64,000 nt of DNA from Mobula hypostoma (taxonomy: Eukaryota), in contig NC_086109.1 of NCBI RefSeq assembly GCF_963921235.1, positions 16,060,001 through 16,124,000 of the forward strand, written 5' to 3'. Each line of letters opens with the position of its first letter. Position 1 is the stretch's first letter. Under the pieces are notes generated by a model, which saw only the letters and a program-made list of their open reading frames with translations, was not told where the DNA came from and made no database searches. The translations under genes were made by a program, and so were the position numbers. This document shows, piece after piece, positions 50,635-63,073 of this stretch.

Positions 50635-50846
50635 AAACATGAGAAAATCTGCAGTTGCTGGAAATCCAAGCAATACACACAAAGTGCCGGAGGAACTCAG
50701 CAGGCCAGACCACATCTACGGAAAAAAGTACAGTTGACATTTCGGGCTGAGTCCTGCCAACGATTCTTGGCCCAAAACGTCGACTGTACTTTTTTCCATA
50801 GATGCTGCCTTGCCTGCTGAGTTCCTCCAGCATTTTGTGTGTGTAA
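50635..50846. mobile_element. Imperfect palindromic PLE insertion
   Basis: 12-bp TSD CTGTTGTATTAC (50623-50634 / 50847-50858); the arms meet at GAGTCCTGCC within the hammerhead region. Confidence 0.85.
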
Positions 50847-51406
50847 CTGTTGTATTACGGTCCTTTTACTCTGAATTTACAGTAGTAGTTGGTGCGATAT
50901 TAATGTTCTTTTACTGCAGTTAAACTCTTCCTGCTGTTTTTCTTTATTCCTCGGAGATGGGCCTTTAAGCAAGGACGTTTTTTAAGGCAATAATGCCCTT
51001 TGAAATATTGTAAGGTAACCTTGAAAGCCATGATATCGGCAACTGGTTAATTGAAAGTCCATTGTATGTTGTAGATTTTACAATGTCACAAAGTGTTTTA
51101 CTGACAATTCGTTAAAAATCCCATGGTATTGATGACTATTGACCTGATAACCTATTTCAATGACATTAGCTGAGGGATTAATATCGTCTGGATCAACAAG
51201 CATAGTATTCTTGTTCTTCTACAAAATGCTATCTTCTACAATCTTTAATAAGACATAAAACATAGGAATAGAATTAGGCCCATCAGGTCTGTTCTGCCAT
51301 TCATACATAGCTGATTTATTATCCCTCTCATTCAACCATGGTTGATTTATTTTCCCTTTCAACCCCATTCTCCTGCCTTCTCCTCGTAACCTTTGACACT
51401 CTTACT

Positions 51407-52363
51407 TAGATGAGGGAATTAAAAGTAACATTAGCAAATTTGCAGATGACACAAAGCTGGGTGGCAGTGTAAAATGTGAGGAGGATGTTATGAGAATGCA
51501 GGGTGACTTGGACAGGCTGGGTGAGTGGGCAGATGCATGGCAGATGCAGTTTAATGTGGATAAATGTGAGGTTATCCACTTTGGTGGTAAGAACAGGAAG
51601 GCAGATTATTATCTAAATGGAGTCAAGTTAGGAAAAGGGGAAGTACAAATAGATCTAGGTGTTCTTGTACATCAGTCACTGAAAACAAACATGCAAGTAC
51701 AGCAGGCAGTGAAGAAAGCTAATGGCATGCTGGCCTTCATAACAAGGGGAATTGAGTATAAGAGCAAAGAGGTCCTTCTGCAGCTGTACAAGGCCCTGGT
51801 GAGACCACACCTGGAGTACTGTGTGCAGTTTTGGTCCCCAAATTTGAGGAAGGACATTCTTGCTATTGAGGGAGTGCAGCGTAGGTTCACAAGATTAATT
51901 CCCGGGATGGCAGGACTGTCATATGTCGAAAGATTGGAGTGACTGGGCTTGTATACTCCGGAATTTAGAAGGCTGAGAGGGGATCTTATTGAAACATATA
52001 AGATTATTAAGGGATTGGACATGCTGGAGGCAGGAAGCATATTCCCGCTGATGGGTGAGTCCAGAACCAGAGGTCACAGTTTAAGAATAAGGGGTAGGCC
52101 ATTTAGAACGGAGTTGAGGAAAAACTTTTTCACCCAGAGAGTAGTGGATATATGGAATGCTCTGCCCCAGAAGGCTGTGGAGGCCAAGTCTCTGGATGCT
52201 TTCAAGAAAGAGATGAATAGAGCTCTTAAAGATAGCGGAATCAAAGGTTATGGGGATAAGGCAGGAACTGGATACTGATTGTGGATGATCAGCCATGATC
52301 ACAGTGAATGGCGGTGCTGGCTCGAAGGGCCGAATGGCCTACTCCTGCACCTATTGTCTATTG
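51407..52363 (+). mobile_element. Young 5'-truncated CR1 nested in an older minus-strand CR1 (about 51255-52760)
   Basis: FADDTK through the ORF2 C-terminus with a single in-frame TGA at 51940-51942; (CTATTGT)-type tail. Confidence 0.9.
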
Positions 52364-54102
52364 ACTATTATCGAAAACCTATCAATCTCCGCTTTTAATA
52401 TACTTATTATCTTGGCCTCCACAGCCACAGATTCCACAGGTTGATCACTGACTAGAGAAATTACACCTCATCTCTTTCCAAGAGTGATTAGCTTGTATTC
52501 TGAGGCTGTGCCTTCTGGTCCTAAACTTTCCCACTATTTGAAACATCCTCTCCAAGTCCACTGTGTCCAGACTTTTTCATATTTGGTAGGTTTCACTGCG
52601 ATCCTCCTCATTCTTCTAACTCCAGTGAGTACCGGCCCAAGGCCATCGAAAGTTCCTTTATGTATTAACCCATTCGTTCCCAGAATCATTGTTGTAAACC
52701 TCTTCTGGATACTCTGCAATGGAAGCACATCCTTTCTTAGATATAAGGCACAAATCCCTTCTTAGGGATGAGTCTACTTATCCCAAAATCTCACTCAGAA
52801 AACCCCCTCCAACATTGAAGCACTAACTACAAAAATGTTACAGAATCAAGTCATGTCTGTGTCAGTTAATGGGCAGGATTTTCATCTGAGGTTTTATTTT
52901 TAATTTCTGTATGCTGAGAAAAGCTTTGAACTTGCAAACTTCTAACTAAATGTTGAGAGTGTCATTCAGAGGACCCCATTTGATACCAAGTGGAAAGAAC
53001 ATTCCCAATGTCAGACATCTGTCACTAACTGAGTAAGAGCAAAGGACTGGGAACCCCAGCAAGTGAGGCAGCAGCCGACATTTCTTCAGAAGTGGAGCAA
53101 GTCAGAAGTAAATTTAATTCTAAGATGCAGACCGAAAGAAAGAAAATAAGGAGAGGGGTATGAATGAGTGAAGCCAGGAAAAAAACAAATGATGCGGGGG
53201 AAGAGAGTGCAGTAATGTGACAAGGCAGAAAGAAATGAGGGGGCATACATCTAATGAGAGAAGAGATAAATTCAGACAGATGTGAAGGGCAAGGTTTCTA
53301 CTCAGAGAGTAGTAGCCAACTAAACTAATCCCTTCTGCCTCTGGAAGTATATGGACATTGTGTAGGCAGAAGGGATTAGTTTAGTTACTAACTTAATTGG
53401 TTTGCCACAACATTGTGGGTTGAAGGCCTGCTCCTGAGCTGAACTGTTCTAAGTTCTATGTTCTATGTACCTCAATGTACTCTGTAATGATTTGATCTGT
53501 ATGAACGCTGCTTTTCACTGTATCTCAGTACATGTGATATTAATAAACCCATACCAATACCAATACAATATCAATCAGGTGTTTTCCCTTTTTCTCCTCA
53601 GGTTGGGTGAGACTAGAACCAGAGGTCATGGATTTTGGGTGAAAGATGAAGCATTTACGATAAATCCGAGGGGGATTTTCTTCACTCATAGGGTGGTGCA
53701 AGTGTGGAACAAGCTGGCAGTGGAAGTGGTAGATGCGGGTCCAATTCTAACATTTAAAACATGTTTGAATAGGGATGTGGGTGAGAGGAATATGGAGGGC
53801 TATAGTCTAGGTGCAGGAAGGTGGAAATAGGCAAAAGGTCAGGCTGGCAAGGACAAAATGATTGAAGGGTCTGCATCTGTGCTATGCTACTCTGTAACTC
53901 ATAACTGTGAGAACCGCTGAACCAGTATCTGAATGGATTACATTTGGTGTCGGGTTCAGAGTGCTGCTTCTGATATCACAGTAAATTTTGCTTCTGAAAG
54001 TATGTGAGAATGAGGACAGAGGTCAGAGTGGGAGTGGGAGAAAGCATTGAGATGAAGGGAGTTGACTGGAAGTTTTTTGAGAAGCAAGCGAATGAATGGA
54101 AG

Positions 54103-54338
54103 TGCTCCCTGTGACCATGTGGATTTCCTCCAGATGCTCCACTTTCCTGCTAGATTCCAAAGGTGTCCAGGTTTGGGTTAGTGAACTGTGGACATGCTGT
54201 TTTGGCACTGAAAGGGTGGCAACACTCGAGGGCTCCCTAGCACAATCCTCGCAGATTTGATCTAATGCAAATGCTGCATTTCACTTACGTTTCATATGTA
54301 CATGTGATGAATAAAGTAAATCCTTTATCTTTATCTTT
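54103..54338 (+). mobile_element. V-domain SINE, 5'-truncated
   Basis: V core and 3' part similar to 22490-22735. Confidence 0.65.
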
Positions 54339-54599
54339 CCAGGATTCACAGACTCTACACATGGTGGAGTAGATGCTACTTGATGAAGTAGGTGGGCAGG
54401 TTGTTTCTACATTGTCTGCTGTCTGTGCTTTATGTGTGGCTTCTCCCATTAAGGGTAGGACACACCATTCACATACCCGACAACCAGGCTCCCGAACGAA
54501 GTATTCTACCAAGGTCACCATCCAAGAACATTTTCAAGAACATTCTCAAGATCCTCATGGCAACCCTAGTCCTGCACTTGCTCAAAATGGAGAAGGATT

Positions 54600-55350
54600 A
54601 TCAAAGTCAAAGTGAATTTATTATCAAAGTAGGTGAATGTCTCCATACACTTGCTTGAGGTTCATTTTCTTGCAGACATTTACAGTAAAAATAAATAAAT
54701 ACAATAGAATTCGTGAAAACCTATACATAAATAAAGACTGACATCCATTGTGAAAAAGAAGATGAGTTGTGCGTAAATAAGTAAATGAACACACAAATAA
54801 ATAAAATTGAGAACATGAGTTGCAGAGTCCTTGAAAGTGAGTCCAAGGCTGTGGAATCCGTTCAGTGTTGAGGTGAGTGAAGTTATCCATGCTGGTTCGG
54901 GAGCCTGAAAGTTGAAGGGGTAATAACTGTTCCTGAACCTGGTGGTGTGGGACCTAATTCTCCTGTACCTCCTGTCCAATGGTAGTAACAAGAAGAGAGG
55001 ATGACCTGGATGGTAAGGGTCCTTGATAGTAGATGGTCTTTCTTGTGACAGCGTTCATTGTAAATATGCTCAATGGTGGGGAGGGCCATACCTGTGATGG
55101 ACTGGGCTGTATTTAACAGTTTCTGTGTGTTTTCTGTTCCTGAGAATTGATGTTTCCATAGCAGACCGTGACGCAACCAGTTAGGATACTCACCACTGTG
55201 CAACTATAGAAGTTTGTTGACGTTTTAGGTGACCTGCTGAATCTATGCAAATTTCCAAGAAAGTAGAAGCACTATTGTGCCTTCTTTATGATGGCGTCTC
55301 CTCTGATATGATAATACCATGGAACTTAAAGTTACTGACCCTTTGCCACC
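54600..55350 (-). mobile_element. Rex1-type LINE 3' fragment
   Basis: LLPLDRRYRRIRSHTTRFRNSYYP and QKLLNTAQSITGMALPTIEHIY motifs. Confidence 0.8.
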
Positions 55351-55789
55351 TCCCAGCCCCTAATGAGGAAAACATTCAAAGAAGACATTGAGTGCTTGAA
55401 GTCTGCATTAATGATGCATGTGGAGACCATGTGCAACCAGCAAACAAACATTTCAAACAGTCCACACAGACATCCCACTGAGCGCCAGCTCCTCAAGTGG
55501 CAGAGCCTGCAGAATCCACACTGGATTCATTAGTCACGCCTCAGATACCAGGAGCTGCAGGAAAACAATCCATAGGCCCAAGAGAAGCCAAGAAGAAAAG
55601 AAGAATCCAAGGTCCCATTGGCCAGTACGGAGTCAACTCTGACAAAAGGTTATGGATCTGAAATGGTAAGTATCTCTACTTTTCTCACTAGAAGTGTAGT
55701 CTGAGTTGCAGAGTGGTTCTGGCAGGTTATGCTTTTACACAGCTTTTGTACAAATGTGGCTTCTGTTTATCTATTAATTTAAGATACCC

Positions 55790-55980
55790 TGCAGAACAGG
55801 CTCTTCCGGCCCTATCCCGTACCTCGTTGTTGGAACGTGGGTAGAAACTGGAGTGCGTGGATGAAATCCACATTGTCACGGCGAGGGCATACAAACTCCT
55901 TGCAGATGGTGGCAGGAAATGAACTCCGATCTTCCGGTTGCTGGTGCTGCAAGGCGTTACACTAACGTACTGTGCTATGC
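55790..55980 (-). mobile_element. V-domain SINE, decayed
   Basis: CATACAAACTCCTTGCAGATGGTGGCAGGAAATGAAC segment. Confidence 0.6.
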
Positions 55981-56073
55981 TCAAGGGCAAAGGGAATGAA
56001 ATGCAGAGGGTAAGGAAATCTCACTGGAACTGCACAAGAAGCTGTGAACCATGAAGTCCCTTGCAGAAGGAAC

Positions 56074-56330
56074 TGATACATTTTATAACCTCAAAATATT
56101 AAAGAACGGTAATTCTATGGAAAACAAAGGAGTCTGAAATGCGAGTGTTAGTTTGCTCTTTAGTTTCAGTGAGGCGCCCACTTATCACGTGGTAGCGTGA
56201 TGACGTATGCAATTCACGTATTTATACAGATAATCCATAATTAATTATGTAAATGAACAAGAATGCTGAATCAAGCAATATATATGTACAACATTACTCA
56301 AATTATTACTGAAATATTAAACGCACAACA
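56074..56330 (-). mobile_element. Solo LTR of the 31806-34089 family
   Basis: Reverse complement TGTTGTGCGTTTAATATTTCAGTAAT... is homologous to both LTRs; flanks GGAAC / GAAAC (1 mismatch). Confidence 0.75.
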
Positions 56331-57485
56331 GAAACAGGGGGTTTTCTTTTAAATTGATATAGGTGCAATAGCAACAGGGTCTCTAAAATAAAAGGATTAT
56401 CCTCCATGGGGAGATCATAATCTTGCACAGAAGGCAGATGGTCCTCAGTGCCTTTCTGCCAGTCACTAAATTAAGGGTTCACTCTCCCCCAATTCCCCAT
56501 CTTATATCCCATCTCTTAATGCTATAGTCAGCAAGAATCTCTAGAGCCTGTATGTATGCAATGACGACTCCCTGGAGCTGGGGATTTCCAAAGTAATTTT
56601 CTCTCTAGTTTTGTGGTTTTCTCTACAGCTCTGGGTGATGTATAAAATGCCTGCAAGGCTGAACAGGTTTAATGCAGGGAAGATGGTTCTCCAGGGTGGG
56701 GCATCAAGATTTAAGGAATGCCATCTCTGGATAAAGAAATGAATATTCACTACTGAATGAGAGAAAGTTCTTTGCTCAAAGGTTTGTGACCATTGGAAAC
56801 CTTCTACTCCAGGGAAGTATCGTTGAGTACATTCCAGCCTATAAGTTCTTATGCTTGAAAGGGGGAGGGTGAGCGGTTAAGATGGGGAAGTGGTGGAGGG
56901 TCTGACCTTAAGATGAAGACTGTCGGACTCTGGGCAAAGTTAGAATCAGAATGTCATTGATGTTGCCTGGACTTGAGAACCAGGGTGAAAGGGAAAGTTT
57001 GAATAAGTTAGGAGTTTATTCCTTGCAGCACAGGAAAATGGGGGGAGATCTTATAGAGGTATGCAGAGTTATCAAGGGGATAGATAACGTGAATGTATGC
57101 AGACATCTTACCCTTGGGTTAGGTGAAATGAAAACTAGAGGTCACAGCTTTAAGGTGAAAGATGAAATGGGTAAGGGGAATTTGAGAGAAAATTTCCTCA
57201 CCCAGGCTGTAGTATGAGTGTGGAACGGAGTGCTGGCATAAGGGTTCAATTGTTTGAATGGGTACGTGGCTGGAAGAGCTTTGGAAGGATATGGTCCAGG
57301 TGCAGGTCGATGTGACTACACAGAAGACCAGATCAGCATGAAAGGGTTATTTCAGCATTGTGGTACTATGAGAGTGACAAAGCAACCACACAGGTGCATT
57401 TGTGCAAATGCTGTTGTGAAGTCAGGTCATCAAGTGGCTTCTTTTGCCAATTATGTCAACTGATTTCACTCTTCCCCATCTACAT

Positions 57486-57565
57486 CAGGGGTTCCCAACC
57501 TGTGATCCATGGACCCCTTGCTAATATTTGTTGGTCCATGGCATAAGAAAGGCTAGGAACCCCTC
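57486..57565. mobile_element. hAT-like MITE (80 bp); related copy at about 62052-62134
   Basis: CAGGGGTTCC..GGAACCCCTC TIRs with 8-bp TSD ATCTACAT / ATCTATAT. Confidence 0.75.
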
Positions 57566-58720
57566 ATCTATATCCATTCCTCAGTCAAGTCCAGATTCTC
57601 AGAGAGGCCAAGAGTGGGAACATGTTATTCTGTAGCCCTGGAGCCCTCTTAGTTGGTGTAGTCCCAGCGCAAAGCTGAGACAGTGATTCCATGAACTCTG
57701 TGTAGCCTGAATCATTAAAAGTCAATCTACATTTCCTTTATTAGCTATGTTCCTTCTGGGAACCCTACGTGTGAAATATCTGCTAGAGTTTTTTCTTTGT
57801 GGGAAACATAATAAAAAATAATTCTTATTCTCAATGTCAGTTTCCACTGAGACCTCACTAGAGAAAGGACGGCCCCTTTAGTGAAGTTGCCTCAGCAGTC
57901 AAAGCCCTCGATGCACCTGCTTCAAGTAAACAGAGAGGCAGATTTCAAGTTCATTAACATTGAGGGAGAAATTATTACAATTAGAGTCAAAATCTATTCC
58001 AAAGAGAACTCAGAAGACCAAGGAACACTACTGGAATCAGATGGAGAAATCCCTAGGATGTAGTTCCAATTTTCAGTGAAATATTTGACAAAAGCAGTGC
58101 AGAGAATTTTAATTGAGCAAAAGATTGGACAACTGGTTTATTAAGAGTTGACTTCAAAGTTCAAAGTAAGATTGTTATCAAACTACATATATGTCACCAT
58201 ATGCCACCTGAGACTCATTTTCTTACAAGCATTTGCAGTAGATCAGAGAAATACGATAGAATCAATGAAAAATTACATACAAAGATTGATAGGCAACCAA
58301 TGTGCAAAAGGAGCCTAACTGTACAAATAAAAACGCGAATAATAGGGAGATAGATCAATAGATAGATCAATAAATGGATGAATGAATGATACTGAGAGTA
58401 TAAGCCATGGAGTTTTGAAAGTGAATCCATAGACTGTGAAATAGTTCAGTGAGTGAAGATATCCACATTGGTTCTGGAGCCTAATGGTTGAAAGGTAATA
58501 ACTGCTTCTGAACCTGGTATTAAACTTGAATTTATTGCAGCCCAAAGTCATGGGATGGATTCTAACATCCTGCCATGATGACTTTGAGAGCTGACCATTC
58601 ACACACTTTCTTCCAACTCTTCTCCTCCCAGCCCCTCTCACCACCCATGAATCACCGAGTTTGCCAGAAGCAGCCAGATTCTCCAGATGAATATTAAAAA
58701 AAAGACCCTATGATCATGTA

Positions 58721-59322
58721 CACTAAGTGGCATTTTACTAGGTACCTCTTGTACCTAATTAAGTAACTACTGATTATATGTTTGTGGTATTTTGCTACTG
58801 TGGTCCACCAACTTCAATGTTCAATGTGTTGTGCATTCAGAGATGTTCTTCTGCACATCACTGTTGTAACATGTGGTTGTTTGAGTTTCTGTCACCTTCC
58901 TGTCAGCTTGAACCAGTCTGGTCATTCTCCATTGACCTCTCCCATTAACGAGGCATTTTTGCCCGCAGAACTTCTGCTCTCTGGATGCTTTTTTTTTTGT
59001 TTTTTGTACCATTCTCTGTAAACTCAGGAGACTAATGTGTATGAAAATTCGAGGAGATCAGCAGTTTCTCAACACACAACTTCAAACTTAAACTTCAAAC
59101 CACAAACTCAAATTCTTGTCTGGCACCAACAATCATTCCATGGTCAAAGTCACTTAGATCACATTTCTTCCCAATTCTAATGTTTGGTCTGACCAACAAC
59201 TGAACTTCTTGACCATGTCTGCATGCTTTTATACATTGACTTGCTGCCACCTGATTGGCTGATTAGATATTTGCATTAACGAGCAAGTGTACAGGTGGAT
59301 CTAATAAAGTGGCCTCAGAGTA
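58721..59322 (+). mobile_element. Tc1/mariner-like MITE
   Basis: TA-flanked imperfect TIRs CACTAAGTGGC... / ...CTAATAAAGTGGCCTCAGAG. Confidence 0.75.
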
Positions 59323-59539
59323 TAATTAATCTGACATTGATGCAGGAGAGGACGTGCAGGAACACATGACTCTCAGAGATACTTCACAATGACTCAGGCA
59401 GAGAGCTTGGCTGTGAAACCTGGTCATTTGACAACTACATTTCATTATCTTATTGTTGCAGAAGCCATGAAATCTGCCTTCTTCGCTGGGAGCTGGTTGG
59501 CCAGGACCATGTGCGTGCCAAAGCTACGTAAAACATGGC

Positions 59540-61660
59540 ACATAGAACATAGAACAGTACAAGTTGTTGTGTCAGCCTTTTAACCTACTCCAAGATCATT
59601 TTCACTCTTCCTCCAACATAACCCTCCATTTTTCTTTCATTAGTGTGCATATCTCTTAAATGTCTCTCAAGTCTCTGCACCTACCACCACTGCTGGCAGT
59701 ACATTCCATGCACTTGCCTCTGATATCCCCCCTGTACTTTCTTCCAATCACCGTAAAATTATGTACTTCTATATTTCCCATTTCCACCCTGGGAAAAAGG
59801 CACTGCTGTCCACTCTTATACTCTATCAAGTCGCCCCTTTGCTCCAAAGAGAAAAATTCATGCTCACTCATACTTCCCTCATACGACATCCTCTCTAATT
59901 AGGCAGCATCCTGGTAAATCTCTTCCACACCCTTTCTGAAGCTTCCATGTCCTACCTAAAAAGAGCTGACCAGAACTGAATACAATTCTCCAAGTGTAGT
60001 CTAACAGTTTTATGTAGCTGCAATAATTATGACCCTGTTACCATATGGGGAGCATCTTGAAGTGGTGAACCTGGAAAATAGATTCACCAGCAGAGGCTCA
60101 GAGATGTGACCATGAGAAGACGAGTTCATTTCTGATTTATTTTTCTTTGGTCTGACTATCCCAAACCTCTTCTGGCATTACATTTTTTTTTGGACAAAAT
60201 CCAGGAGAATTTGCAACATAATGTAATGCCTTTCAAATAAAAGCATTAAGCGTGCATCAGGCTTCCTGTAAACAAATCTGTGATTTAAATACATCTGAGC
60301 ACACCAACATCTTTCCCAGCAACATTGGAGGAGGACATTCAGTCCCTTTAGTCTATTCTGGCTCTCAATACAATACCATTCAATGCAATTCACGCCTCCC
60401 CTCCTGTTATTTCCCTATAATTTACCCTTTCTTGAAGGAACCTGTGGGGCAACTTCAAAACACAGCTGATTGTGAGGATATGGATTGAACTGCCAGAGGA
60501 AATGGTAAAGGTGGTACAACCTTAGGTAATGTTACAGCTGTATAGAACCCTGGTCAGACCCCACCTGGCGTACTGTGCTCAGTTCTGGTCACCTCACTAC
60601 AGGAAGGATGTGGAAACTATAGAAAGTGTGCAGAGGAGATTTACAATGATGTTGCCTGGATTGGGGAGCATGCCTTATGAGAATAGATTGTGTGAACTTG
60701 GCCTTTTCTCCTTGGAGTAAGGGAGGATGAGGTGATCTGACAGAGGTGTATAAGATGATGAGAGGCATTGATCATGTGGATAGTCAGAGGCTTTTTCCCA
60801 GGGCTGAAATGGCTAGCACGAGAGGGCACAGTTTTAAGGTGCTCGGAAGCAGGTACAGAGGGGATGCCAGGGGTAAGTTGTTTTACGCAGAGAGTGGTGA
60901 GTGCATTAGAATGGGCTGCCAGCGACTGTGAGGCGGATACGACAGGGTCTTTTAGGAGACCCCCGGATAGGTACACGGAGCTTAGGAAAATAGAGAGCTA
61001 GGGTAACGCTAGGTAATTTCTGCATTGTGGGCCGAGGGGCCTGTATCGTGCTGTAGGTTTTCTATATTTCTAACTACAGCCTTTATAAGTCATTTGGGAA
61101 GTTACACAGACAGAAAGAATTTGGAGGGATATGGGCCAAATGCAGGCAAATGCAACTACCTTGAAGACATCTTGGTTGGCATGGATGAGTTGATCCAGAG
61201 GGCTTGTTTCCGTGCTCTATATCGCTATTAATCTGTAATGTTTCTGGTAGGTTGAGCAATCTCGAGCTTTTCTCTTGGAACAAAGGAGAATGAGAGGTGA
61301 CTTGATAGAGGTGTACAAGATGATAAGAGGCATATGTAGAGTGAGCAGCCAGGGATATTTTCCCAGGATGGAAATGGCTGATACAAGGGGCCATAATTTT
61401 AAAGTGATTGGAGGAATGTACGAGGGGGGTGTCAGAGGTAAGTTCTTGACACAGAGTGGTGGGGGCTTGGAATGCCCTGCCACGGGTGCTGGCAGAGGCA
61501 GATAAAGCACATTTAAGAAACTCTTAGAAGGGCACATGGATGATAGAAACACAGAGGATAATGTAGGAGGGGAGGGTTAGATTGACATTAGAATAGGTTA
61601 AAAGTTCGGCACAACAGCATAGGCCAAAGGGATTTTACTGTGCTATAACGTTCTATGCTC
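59540..61660. mobile_element. Cluster of CR1 3' fragments (59540-60025 minus; 60525-61070 and 61250-61660 plus)
   Basis: LQLYRTLVRPHLAYCAQFWSPHYRKD and EQRRMRGDLIEVYKMIRGI translations. Confidence 0.8.
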
Positions 61661-62423
61661 TACATTTAACAACCCCCCCCCCCGATTCTCCTACATCTGC
61701 CTACACTAGGAACGTGTTAACCAGTTAACCTTTCAACCATAGTGTCCTTGAGATGTGGAAGCAAACAAGAGTACTCAATGGGAAATAACGCAGTTGCAGG
61801 CAAGACACGCAAACTCCACACAGACCACACCAGAAGTCAGATCAAACCTGAGTCACAGGAGTTGTGAGGTGAGCTTGTGTCACTCATCAGCACCATTGGG
61901 CAATTTAATTCATCCCAGACTTTTGGTGAGAGTTACTGAGGAAAATCTGAAAAGTTCTCCAGAAAGCAAGATAAGCAAAGTCTGAAGCAAGTTTAGAGTA
62001 TATTTACCCACTATGGGAGTAGAGATGTTGAGATCAATATGATCTCCTACAGTTAGTTTTCCTAACCCGGGGTCCACAGACCTCTCAGATGATGGTAGGG
62101 GCCCATGGCATAATAAAAAGGTTGGGAGCCCTTGTTCTATGGGTTGGAGATAGTTTGGGCGGTAATAATTTAAACTTTAAAGATTATGAAAGGGCTTGAT
62201 CAATAGATATGTGGAATAATTTCCTTTGTTTGGCAGTGACAGTTTAAAGTACTTGGCAAATGAATCCAGAGATAGAAGATATGCTTTTTTTTGGTCATCA
62301 TTTGGAATTTGAATGATTAAAGGAGATTCAGAAGGGAATTGGATTTACAATTGGAAAAGGAAATAAAAAGAAATACAGGAGCTTGAGGAAAGATTAAAGC
62401 AAGTAGGAATAATTTTATAATTT

Positions 62424-62580
62424 AAAAACGCAAACACGAGGAATTCTGCAGATGCTGGAAATTCAAGCAACACACATCAAAGTTGCTGGTGAAGGTAGCA
62501 TCTCCAGGAAGAGGTACAGTTGAAGTCTCGGGCTGAGACCCTTCGTCAGGACTAACTGAAAGAAGAGCTAGTAAGAGATT
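62424..62580 (-). mobile_element. PLE terminal fragment, same subfamily as 32092-32306
   Basis: Shares GAATTCTGCAG and CATCAAAGTTGCTGGTGAA; hammerhead CTGACGA is intact but GAAA is mutated to GAGA. Confidence 0.75.
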
Positions 62581-62817
62581 TTATTATTGACATTTTATAA
62601 TTTTATAATTGACATTTTTATGAGGGAATTTTAGTACATAGTGAAAATGCCTGACTGTCAATATATAGAGCCTTGGTGGGTTGATGCCTGGACTATGACC
62701 ATAACGTAAAGGAGCAGAATAAGGCCATTTCATCATGGCAGATTCATTTCCTTCTCAGCCCCAATCTCCTGCCTTCTCCCCGTATTCCTTCATGCCCTGA
62801 CTAATCAAGAGTCTTTC

Positions 62818-63073
62818 TTTCTTTCTTTTTCAATCTTTTTATTAATTTCAAAATATAGAAACAAAACATAGCAATAATACAAATAGTAGGAGATATATTG
62901 TTACACTTAAGAAAAGTAATTGTAAAATCAAATAGTGTAAGTTTACAAAGCTCCCAATCATGTAGAACTGACAACGGATAATACAAATTTAAAAAAATTG
63001 ATTAAAAAAAAACATGAAAAGGAAAAAAAAACAAAAAAAAACCCCATCCCCCAAAGAAAAACAAAATTAATCA
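62818..63073 (-). mobile_element. L1/Tx1-like 3' UTR insertion within a minus-strand CR1 (about 62690-63555)
   Basis: 18-bp TSD ACTAATCAAGAGTCTTTC (62800-62817 / 63074-63091); minus strand ends AATAAAAAGATTGAAAAAGAAAGAAA. Confidence 0.75.

Noticed and set aside
62412..62603. TSD for the PLE fragment at 62424
   Set aside because: ATTTTATAATTT occurs on both sides but in low-complexity, locally duplicated sequence, so it is ambiguous.
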